64,000 nucleotides of DNA, from positions 115 through 64,114 of the forward strand of contig JAVBLG010000032.1 of the NCBI GenBank assembly GCA_031553655.1, in the 5' to 3' direction. This document shows positions 46,806 to 54,859 of this stretch, piece after piece. Origin of the DNA: Desulfovibrionaceae bacterium. Its GTDB lineage: Bacteria; Desulfobacterota; Desulfovibrionia; Desulfovibrionales; Desulfovibrionaceae. Within the stretch, counting starts at the first letter, position 1. Each line of letters begins with the position of its first letter. A program made the position numbers and the translations under genes. Below the pieces are notes generated by a model. That model was given only the letters and a program-made list of their open reading frames with translations, was not told where the DNA came from and searched no databases.

Positions 46806-46847
46806 TTTACCCTCCATTGCGCGCCTTGCGTATTTGCAATCTTGCCG

Positions 46848-48311
46848 CTACCTGCGCCAGAACGCCGGTACGAAAATGATCATGATGGTGTAAATTTCCA
46901 GCCGCCCCATGAGCATGGCCAGGCTTAGCAGCCATTTGCCGCCGTCGGGCAGGTGCCCGAAGTTTTCCACCGGTCCCAGGCTGGCAAAGGCCGCGCCCAC
47001 ATTGGCCAGGCAGGCGGCCGAGGCCCAGAAGGCGGCTTCCACTTCCGCGCCCATGGCGGCCAGAGCCACAGTGGAAGCGGCGATCAGCAGCACAAAGATC
47101 ACAAAAAAGCTGATTACCGCATTAAGTACCTCGGGGGGTACGGCCTTGCCGTCGATTTTGATCACGTTTATCGAGCGCGGGTGCAGCAAATGCAGCACTT
47201 CTTGCCAGGCCACCCTGGCCAGCAAAATTATGCGCAATATTTTCAGCCCGCCGCTGGTGGAGCCAACGCAGCCGCCCACAAAGTAGAAAGACATCAGCAC
47301 AGCCCGCCCGGCAGAAGGCCAGGTTTCGTAGTCGGTGGAGGAAAAGCCCGTTGTGGTCACTATGCAGGTTATCTGGAAAAAGGCGTGGCGCACGGTTTCA
47401 GCCACGGTGGCATATTGTTTGTTGTGCAGCAGAATCCAGGTGAGCAGGGCGGCCCCGAACAGCAGAATGGCGCTGTAGATTTTGAATTCGCTGTTGCTTT
47501 TGTAGGCGGCGCGGTCGCCGGATAAAAAACGGTTGTGCAGGGCGAAGCTGGCCCCGGAAACATACATGAAAATTACCACCACCCATTGAATATAGGCATC
47601 GTCGAAAGATGCCAGGGAATTGTTGCGGGTGGAAAAACCGGCTGTGGAAATAGTGGTGAAGGTATGGGTTACGGCTTCAAAGAGCGACATGCCGCCAAGA
47701 AGCAGCAATATCAACAGCGCGGCGGACAACATCAGATAAATGCGCCACAGCACCGCGGCGGTGTCGCGCAGGCGTGGGGTGAGCTTGTTTTTGGACGGAC
47801 CGGGTATTTCGGCCTTGAAAAGCTGCATACCGCCCACGCCCAGAGTGGGCAGAATGGACAGATACAGAATGATGATGCCGATTCCGCCCAGCCATTGGGT
47901 GAAGCTGCGCCACATGAGCAGCCCGCCGGGCATGGCTTGAATGTCGGGTATTACCGAAGCCCCGGTGGTGGTAAAGCCCGAGGTCGATTCAAAAACAGCG
48001 TCGGCCAGAGACAGCCAGCCCCCGATAATATAGGGCAAGGCCCCGCCCAGGCTCATGCAAATCCAGCACAGGGCCACAGTGAGCATGCCCTCGCGGTTGC
48101 TGAGGCCGTCTTCGGGGTCGGGCGGCTTGAAGAAAAAACGCAGCAGCGCGCCAATGCCCACCATAATAGCCATGGATATGCCCAGCGCCTTGTCCGAGCC
48201 GTCGTCATACCAGAGTGCGGTTAGCATGGGCAGCATCATGGCCAGCCCCACCGCAAGAGTTAGCACGCCAAGAATGTGCAGAATGCCTGCGGGCCTTATG
48301 ACTTTGCTCAT
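46848..48311 (-). CDS. trkH: Trk-type potassium uptake protein TrkH
   Basis: Multi-pass membrane protein with repeated M1-P-M2 segments (SGFTTTGAS, TAGFST, TTGFSS, GGLK). Confidence 0.9.
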   Translation of the reverse strand: MSKVIRPAGILHILGVLTLAVGLAMMLPMLTALWYDDGSDKALGISMAIMVGIGALLRFFFKPPDPEDGLSNREGMLTVALCWICMSLGGALPYIIGGWLSLADAVFESTSGFTTTGASVIPDIQAMPGGLLMWRSFTQWLGGIGIIILYLSILPTLGVGGMQLFKAEIPGPSKNKLTPRLRDTAAVLWRIYLMLSAALLILLLLGGMSLFEAVTHTFTTISTAGFSTRNNSLASFDDAYIQWVVVIFMYVSGASFALHNRFLSGDRAAYKSNSEFKIYSAILLFGAALLTWILLHNKQYATVAETVRHAFFQITCIVTTTGFSSTDYETWPSAGRAVLMSFYFVGGCVGSTSGGLKILRIILLARVAWQEVLHLLHPRSINVIKIDGKAVPPEVLNAVISFFVIFVLLIAASTVALAAMGAEVEAAFWASAACLANVGAAFASLGPVENFGHLPDGGKWLLSLAMLMGRLEIYTIMIIFVPAFWRR

Positions 48312-49696
48312 TCCCGTTCCGCCAGGCGTTTTTCGATTTCGCTCATGACCTCGCGGGTGCAGACCATTATGATGTGGTCGCCAGCGTCAAGCTCGCTGTT
48401 GCCGTTGGGAATAAACACACCCTTGTTGCGCATCACGGCCACCAGCAATGCGCCGCGCGGAAGTTTAAGATCGCGTACCGGCCTGCCGGTTAAGGTGGAA
48501 TTTTCCGCCAGCACCGCTTCGAGCACTTCGGCGGCCTCGTCGCCCACGGAAACTGAAGTGAGCATGCGGCCTTGTCGTACTACGTTGACCAGGGTATTCA
48601 CGGCCGATTGGCGCGGGCTCACCCCGTGGTCGATACCTATATTTTCCACCAATGAGAGATAGCCGGGCTTGTTCACCCTGGCCACTGTGGTGGCCACGCC
48701 CATAGACTTGCCCAGCAGGCAGGCCATGATGTTGGTTTCCTCGTCGCCGGTGGCCGCCACCAGTACGTCCATATCTTTGATGTTTTCTTCGATGAACAGG
48801 CTTTTGTCCGTGCCGTCGCCGTGCAGCACTAGCGTGCTGTCGAGCACCGAGGCCAGGTGCGCGCAGCGTTCGGCGTCGGAATCCACCAACTTGAGATCCA
48901 CGCCCTTGTTTTCATAGAGTTTGGCCAGCTGCAGGCCTATGGTGCCCCCGCCGATTATGCATATGGTGCTGAAAAAAGCCCGGTTGCGGCCCAAAGTGCG
49001 CAGCAGCCGCCGCTGGCTGTGCTCATTGTAAATGAAGTAGGCCGTGTCTCCGGGCAGCAGGCTTTCGCGGCCCGAAGGCACAATGACCTGATCCTTGCGG
49101 GCTATGGCCGCCACCATAATGCTGTCGCCGCCCACCAGTTCGCGAAAGCGGGAAAGGGGTTCGCCGGCCAGCGGCCCACTTTCTATGCGGTAAGCAGCCA
49201 TGCGGATGTGCCCGCCGGCAAATTCGGCATATTCCACGGCTCCGGGCATGGACAGCAGGCGGTCTATGGTGCGCACCACTTCCTTTTCCGGGCTGACCAT
49301 AATGTTGATGCGCAAGCCTGAGCCGAGCAGTTCGGGATAATTAGCGAATTCTTCATCACGTAGCCGGGCCAGGATGACGGCCTCTTTGGGCGCTATGGCA
49401 TTGGCGAAAAGGCAGGCGATGATATTTACTTCGTCGCTGCTGGTCACGGCGAAAAAAAACGAAGCTTCAGCCGTGCCCGCTTCTTTCAGCACCGAAGGGC
49501 TGGACCCCGAACCGAGCACGGTCTGAACGTCAATAGCGTCGGAAATGCGCTTGAGCCGTTCCGATTCAAGGTCTATTACCGTGACATCCTTATCTTCCTG
49601 GGTAAGGCGGCGAGCAATGTGAAAGCCGACTTCGCCGCCGCCGACGATAATTATTTTTTTGCGCTCAAATTTTGTTTTATTGCCGAAGATGAACAC
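48308..49696 (-). CDS. trkA: Trk system NAD-binding protein TrkA (two RCK tandem units)
   Basis: IIIVGGGEVG and ICIIGGGTIG Rossmann motifs with two RCK_C regions. ATGA overlap with the trkH start. Confidence 0.9.
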   Translation of the reverse strand: MFIFGNKTKFERKKIIIVGGGEVGFHIARRLTQEDKDVTVIDLESERLKRISDAIDVQTVLGSGSSPSVLKEAGTAEASFFFAVTSSDEVNIIACLFANAIAPKEAVILARLRDEEFANYPELLGSGLRINIMVSPEKEVVRTIDRLLSMPGAVEYAEFAGGHIRMAAYRIESGPLAGEPLSRFRELVGGDSIMVAAIARKDQVIVPSGRESLLPGDTAYFIYNEHSQRRLLRTLGRNRAFFSTICIIGGGTIGLQLAKLYENKGVDLKLVDSDAERCAHLASVLDSTLVLHGDGTDKSLFIEENIKDMDVLVAATGDEETNIMACLLGKSMGVATTVARVNKPGYLSLVENIGIDHGVSPRQSAVNTLVNVVRQGRMLTSVSVGDEAAEVLEAVLAENSTLTGRPVRDLKLPRGALLVAVMRNKGVFIPNGNSELDAGDHIIMVCTREVMSEIEKRLAERE

Positions 49697-49751
49697 ATAT
49701 GCCTCGTTTGGAGCATTTTTTTTGATTTTTGTGGTACTTGAGTCTGTTTTT

Positions 49752-52349
49752 TTAAACCAGCCATTCGGCTATCTTACGCAGCAACTCTTCCGGCAGAAAG
49801 GGCTTGCCCAGATGGGCATTCATGCCGCAGGCCAGGCTTTTCGCCTTGTCGCAACTCAGGGCATTGGCGGTTATGGCTATAATGGGGATATTTTCCGCCT
49901 TGGGCGCGCCGCAATTTCTTATGCGCTTTGTGGCTTCAAAACCGTCCATTTCCGGCATCTGAATATCCATGAGTACAAGATTGTACTCGCCGTTGAGCGC
50001 GGCTTCCACAGCTTCGCGTCCGTTTACGGCCACATCGACCTGAATTCCGGCCTCGCGCATGATTTCCAGGGCTATTTCACGGTTTATCTCATTGTCTTCG
50101 GCCAGCAGAACTTTGGCTGAAGACAACTTGTCACGCAGTTCCGGTGAAAGGCCGCCGCTTACAGAGTCCTTCGAGGTTTCAGGGGCGATGCCGCCGGAGG
50201 ATTCCGACTCCCCTTGGGGGGCTTCTCGAAGCATGGCTTTGGCCGTGAATACGAAAACACTGCCCGTAACATCCCGGCGATCTTCCACCTGAACATTGCC
50301 GCCCATGAGCGAGGCCAGCTTTTTGCTTATGGCCAGGCCAAGCCCGGTTCCGCCAAAGCGGCGGGTGGTGGAACCATCCACCTGGCTGAACGGGGCGAAA
50401 AGCCTGTTGCGCTGCTCTTCGGGTATGCCGATGCCGGTGTCGGCCACTCGAAAACGCAACATAGCCTGGCCAGCTTCAAGGTCATTGTTTTGCGTTCGAC
50501 AGGAAACGTCAATGGTCACTGAGCCTTTTTCCGTAAATTTTATGGCATTATTGACCAGGTTGAGTAAAATTTGGGAAATTCGCAAGGGGTCACCGGAAAA
50601 GCTGTCGGGAGTTCCTTCTTCCATATTGATACTGAATTTCAGCCCTTTTTCTTCAGCCGCGAATTCGGTTATGTTGCTCAAATCCGCCAGCAGGTGCGGG
50701 AGATTGAATTTTATATTCTCAACTTCCATTTTGCCGGCTTCAATTTTGGAAAAATCAAGTATGTCGTTTATTATGCCCAAAAGCCGCACTGCCGCCCCAT
50801 CCATTTTGCGCAGATAGGCTTGCTGTGCTTCGTTTAGTCCGGTGCGTTGCAATAAATGCCCCAGGCCGATGATGGCGTTCATAGGGGTGCGTATTTCGTG
50901 GCTCATGCGCGCCATGAATTCGCTTTTTGCTTTGGTAGCCCCTTCGGCCCCGGCCCTGGCCGCCTCGGCCAGTTCTTTTGCCGCAATAAGCGTTTCACGG
51001 GCCTGCCTTTCCTGGGTCATATCCTGAACCAAGCCCACGCATTTGATGCTGCCCCAGTCTTCAACGCCTTCAGCCAGGAAAAATATATACTTCAGCGGAA
51101 CGTCGCGCCCGTTTATATTTTTGTCCAGTTCCACAATTTTATAGCGGGTTTCTCCATGATAAAGAGCTTCAAGCACTTCGCGCGATTCTCCACAGGGGCC
51201 TTGCGGGCGCTCGCCCAGCATGTCCCGGCTCCGGCAGCGGAAAATTTTTTCATATTCAGGATTAAGGTATTCGGCCGCAAGGGTTTTTGCATTGCGAATC
51301 ATCAGCCCAATGGGCATATTTTGAAAAATAGTGAACAAAATCCGTTCACGGCTGCGCGTGTTGCGGTGCTCGCGATGCACCAGCTTGAAAATATACAGCA
51401 GAAAAACGCAGGAAATCAGGTTTAAAAGCACATTGAACATGGTATTGTAGGTGAGGATGTCGCCTGTCCAATCCACATCGGCTTTGTCCACAATCATCAC
51501 CAAATGCCAGGGCCTGCCTGGTGTGCCTGAAATGCGGAAGAATTTTTGATGCTGTTCCTGACCATATTCCCCCCAATCTTCTCCTCCCGAAGCTATTTTT
51601 TCTTCAATAGCCCGATATTGCGGAGCATAGTCCAATTTGCGCATCAGTAGCGTTTTGTCCGGATGGCTTATGATTGTGCCGTTTTCATCAACAACCATGG
51701 CATACAGGGATTTATAAACATCACGCAATTTCGGGGTCAAATCCAAAAAGGCGATATTCATGTCTACCCCCATGAAGCCAACGGTTCCGCTATGGTCCAC
51801 AATCTTTATGGCCGCCGTTATAATGCCCGAACTATGACCAAGGGTGAAGCGTACCGGGGAAAAATGCACGTCATTGTCCGGCATTTCGTCGCTGTACCAG
51901 GGCGTGGACTTAAGCCCGCTGGCCGGGCGTTCATATGCGCCGTTGCCGTACATTATGGAGCCGGTTTGGGCATTGGCCATCCAGGAATCGGAAACTTCGG
52001 GGTGAATCTCCTTGGTGCTTGCCAGCAGATCAACCACAACGGCGTATTCGCGACTGTTCGATTGCTCCTGGGGAGCGATTTTGTTCATGTATTCGCGCAA
52101 AATTAATTTGGTGGGCAGATGTAGGGCGAGCATTCTGAGCTGGCTTACGGAGTTCTCAATGCGCGCTTCGCATGTACGGCTGTCAAGCTCCACGCTCTGC
52201 CGCCATTCTCGATCCATTTTTTGATCGACCAGGTAATATATCCTGACGCCGCTTATCACGGCTATAACCGGGAAAAGCAGCGCCAGGAGCAAACGCATCC
52301 CCACGCGGGATTTTTTAAATGCGTCAAAATTAAGCGGAATGTCGCTCAT
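49752..52349 (-). CDS. Hybrid sensor histidine kinase/response regulator (Cache-like periplasmic sensor, PAS, HisKA, HATPase_c, REC)
   Basis: H-box MSHEIRTPMNAIIG, N/G boxes NLVNNAIKFT and DTGIGI...GGTGLGL, receiver LMDIQMPEMDG. ATGA overlap with the stop of the upstream acyl-CoA synthetase. Confidence 0.9.
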   Translation of the reverse strand: MSDIPLNFDAFKKSRVGMRLLLALLFPVIAVISGVRIYYLVDQKMDREWRQSVELDSRTCEARIENSVSQLRMLALHLPTKLILREYMNKIAPQEQSNSREYAVVVDLLASTKEIHPEVSDSWMANAQTGSIMYGNGAYERPASGLKSTPWYSDEMPDNDVHFSPVRFTLGHSSGIITAAIKIVDHSGTVGFMGVDMNIAFLDLTPKLRDVYKSLYAMVVDENGTIISHPDKTLLMRKLDYAPQYRAIEEKIASGGEDWGEYGQEQHQKFFRISGTPGRPWHLVMIVDKADVDWTGDILTYNTMFNVLLNLISCVFLLYIFKLVHREHRNTRSRERILFTIFQNMPIGLMIRNAKTLAAEYLNPEYEKIFRCRSRDMLGERPQGPCGESREVLEALYHGETRYKIVELDKNINGRDVPLKYIFFLAEGVEDWGSIKCVGLVQDMTQERQARETLIAAKELAEAARAGAEGATKAKSEFMARMSHEIRTPMNAIIGLGHLLQRTGLNEAQQAYLRKMDGAAVRLLGIINDILDFSKIEAGKMEVENIKFNLPHLLADLSNITEFAAEEKGLKFSINMEEGTPDSFSGDPLRISQILLNLVNNAIKFTEKGSVTIDVSCRTQNNDLEAGQAMLRFRVADTGIGIPEEQRNRLFAPFSQVDGSTTRRFGGTGLGLAISKKLASLMGGNVQVEDRRDVTGSVFVFTAKAMLREAPQGESESSGGIAPETSKDSVSGGLSPELRDKLSSAKVLLAEDNEINREIALEIMREAGIQVDVAVNGREAVEAALNGEYNLVLMDIQMPEMDGFEATKRIRNCGAPKAENIPIIAITANALSCDKAKSLACGMNAHLGKPFLPEELLRKIAEWLV

Positions 52350-54031
52350 TTGCCGGTTTTACCCGTGTCCGGCCATAGCTCCGAAGCCATTTCCCGCAGC
52401 TTATATTTTTGGATTTTTCCGCTAGCCGTAAGGGGGAAGCCGTCAATCAAGCTGATATATTTAGGAACTTTATACCATGCTATTTTGCCTCGGCAGAAAT
52501 CGCGCACATCTTCGGGCAGAATGTCATAACCAGGTTTGGGGATGATGAAGGCCCCCACTTCTTCGCCGTATTTCTGGCTGGGCACGCCCACCACCTGCAA
52601 ATCGAGAACACCCTCCATGCCCATGAGGTATTCTTCCACTTCGCGCGGGTAAACATTTTCCCCGCCGCGTATGATCATGTCCTTGATGCGCCCGGTAACC
52701 GTGAGATAACCGTTTTCGTCCATAACCCCAAGGTCGCCGGAATGCAGCCAGCCGTCTTTGGTTACAGTGGCGGCTGTGGCTTCGGGCATGTTGTAGTAGC
52801 CTTTCATCACATTATAGCCCCGGCACATGATTTCGCCGGTCTGGCCGCGCGGAATTTCTTCGCAAGTTTCCGGGTCGGCCACTTTCACTTCAATGCCGGG
52901 CATGGCGCAGCCCACAGTGCGGCAGCGCAAGTCGATGGAATCTTCCACGTCGGACTGAGTCATCACCGGCGAACCTTCGGTAAGGCCATAGCAGATGGTA
53001 ACCTCCTTCATATACAAATCATCCACCACCCGGCGCATCAGCGGCTCGGGGCATACCGAACCGGCCATGATGCCGGTGCGCAGCGAAGACACGTCAAAGC
53101 GTTTGAACATCTTGTGCTCGAGCACGGCCAAAAACATGGTAGGCACGCCGTAAAGACCGGTGCAACGCTCGGTGTCCACTGCTTCGAGTACGTGCAGGGG
53201 GTTGAAGTGTTCCAGAATGACCATTGTGGCCCCGTTGTTTACAAAGGCCGAAACCCCCAGCACGCAGCCGAAGCAGTGGAACAGAGGCGCAGGCAAGCAG
53301 ATACGGTCTTTTTCTGTAAGATTTTGATGTTTTCCAATCCAGTAACCGTTGAGGCCCACGCCCACATGGGTGAGCATGACTCCCTTGGGAAAGCCGGTTG
53401 TGCCCGAGGTATACTGCATGTTTACAACATCCCAGGGATCGAGCGATTTCTGGCGCTCAAGGTATTCCTCGTCGGAAACCATAACCGACAGGGCGAATAT
53501 TTCCGGCAGGGAGTACATTCCCCGATGCTTTTCCTGGCCGAGAAAGAACACTCGCTTCAAATGCGGCAGGGTGGGGCTTTTTATGTCGCCGCGCGGCTGG
53601 GTGCGCAGTTCCGGAGCCACTGTATACAGGGTCTGAATATAGTCGTGATCGCGGTAGCCGTCGATGATGAACAGGTTTTCGCTTTCGGATTGCGACAGCA
53701 GATAGCGCAGTTCGTGCTCGCGGTAATTGGTGTTTACCGTAACCAGAACGGCCCCGATTTTGGCTGTGGCAAACATCAGGGTAACCCAGAAGGGCACATT
53801 GGTGGCCCATATGGCCACTTTTTCACCCTTTTGGATTCCAAGGGCCATCAGCCCTTTGGCCAGATCATCCACAGACTGTCCGAACTCGCGCCAAGTCTGG
53901 CGATAGTCGCGGTCAACATAAATTATGGCGTCATTATCGGGTATGCGCGCCACTGTCTCATCCAGAATCTGCCCGAGCGTTTTCTCCCGAAGGACAAAAA
54001 GCTTTTGACGCTCGGCTACCTTGTCGATCAT
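52346..54031 (-). CDS. AMP-forming acyl-CoA synthetase/ligase
   Basis: MQYTSGTTGFPKGVMLTH AMP-binding motif, GYGLTE, SGDLG...GRIKD, and the C-terminal PLTASGKIQK. Confidence 0.9.
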   Translation of the reverse strand: MIDKVAERQKLFVLREKTLGQILDETVARIPDNDAIIYVDRDYRQTWREFGQSVDDLAKGLMALGIQKGEKVAIWATNVPFWVTLMFATAKIGAVLVTVNTNYREHELRYLLSQSESENLFIIDGYRDHDYIQTLYTVAPELRTQPRGDIKSPTLPHLKRVFFLGQEKHRGMYSLPEIFALSVMVSDEEYLERQKSLDPWDVVNMQYTSGTTGFPKGVMLTHVGVGLNGYWIGKHQNLTEKDRICLPAPLFHCFGCVLGVSAFVNNGATMVILEHFNPLHVLEAVDTERCTGLYGVPTMFLAVLEHKMFKRFDVSSLRTGIMAGSVCPEPLMRRVVDDLYMKEVTICYGLTEGSPVMTQSDVEDSIDLRCRTVGCAMPGIEVKVADPETCEEIPRGQTGEIMCRGYNVMKGYYNMPEATAATVTKDGWLHSGDLGVMDENGYLTVTGRIKDMIIRGGENVYPREVEEYLMGMEGVLDLQVVGVPSQKYGEEVGAFIIPKPGYDILPEDVRDFCRGKIAWYKVPKYISLIDGFPLTASGKIQKYKLREMASELWPDTGKTGK

Positions 54032-54115
54032 TGCTGTTCTCCGTTTTTATTGATCTGTTTTTTCGCCGAAAGTTTCCATCGGCCGGGGGCGAAAAAGTGC
54101 TTGCGGCGGCGCTGT

Positions 54116-54685
54116 CTAAGGATTGTAAATGACGGCCAGTATCTCAACAGGATTGTCGCCGTGTGGCCCCACATAATGCGGCACCACCGAATTGTAGTAA
54201 ATGGTGTCGCCGGCTTTCAGTACTTGGGTCTCCCGGCCGTAGACCACCAGAAGCTCGCCCTTGAGCACCAGAATGAATTCTTCGCCTTGGTGCGAGGAAG
54301 TTTTGCGCTCGTCATGTTCGTCGGGCTGAATTTCAATGAAAAAAGGCTCCATATTGCGGTCGCTTTTGCCTTTGCCCAGAGAATGATACACATAGCTGGC
54401 CCGATCATTGCGTGTTTTGTGCATGGCCAGATCGGCTTCGCGCTCGCCAATGCGCGAAATGACCGGGTCTTTGGTTATTTGATCGTCCATAAAGGTGCCC
54501 AGGCGCACCCCGAGGGCTCTGGCCACTTTTTGCAGAGGACCTATGGACGGGTAAATATTGTCTTCTTCAAGCTGGGTTATGAATTCCGTAGTCAGGCCAG
54601 TGGTTTCCGCCAGGGTTTCGCGGTCGATCTGACGTTCTTCTCTGAAAACTTTGACTCTCGACCCCAATGTTTTTCGCTTGGACAT
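54116..54685 (-). CDS. XRE-family HTH + cupin transcriptional regulator
   Basis: LGSRVKVFREERQIDRETLAETTGLTTEFITQLE HTH, and a C-terminal cupin (GEEFILVLKGEL...GDTIYYNSVVPH). GGAG SD before ATG 54685. The ORF-track extension to 55237 is antisense to hypF. Confidence 0.85.
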   Translation of the reverse strand: MSKRKTLGSRVKVFREERQIDRETLAETTGLTTEFITQLEEDNIYPSIGPLQKVARALGVRLGTFMDDQITKDPVISRIGEREADLAMHKTRNDRASYVYHSLGKGKSDRNMEPFFIEIQPDEHDERKTSSHQGEEFILVLKGELLVVYGRETQVLKAGDTIYYNSVVPHYVGPHGDNPVEILAVIYNP

Positions 54686-54859
54686 ATTTTCTCCAGAAAG
54701 ATAAGATATGTTGAGTGGGCCGAAGCGAATTGAACTCATTTTCAATTTCTTCTTCGGTACGCCGAAAAATACTTTGCCACATTGTGGAACAAAATAGATT
54801 AGCGTAAAATGCTTTGTAGGTAAAGATAATTGAACTTGCCATAAATATTTGGATTTATA

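Noticed and set aside
52409-54733. A 774-aa plus-strand ORF, the longest unexplained ORF in the track.
   Set aside because: It is exactly antisense to the acyl-CoA synthetase and cupin-HTH genes, whose products carry unmistakable family motifs. Its product is His/Gly/Ala/Arg-rich with no motif, and it has no SD. This is a typical shadow ORF of a high-GC gene.
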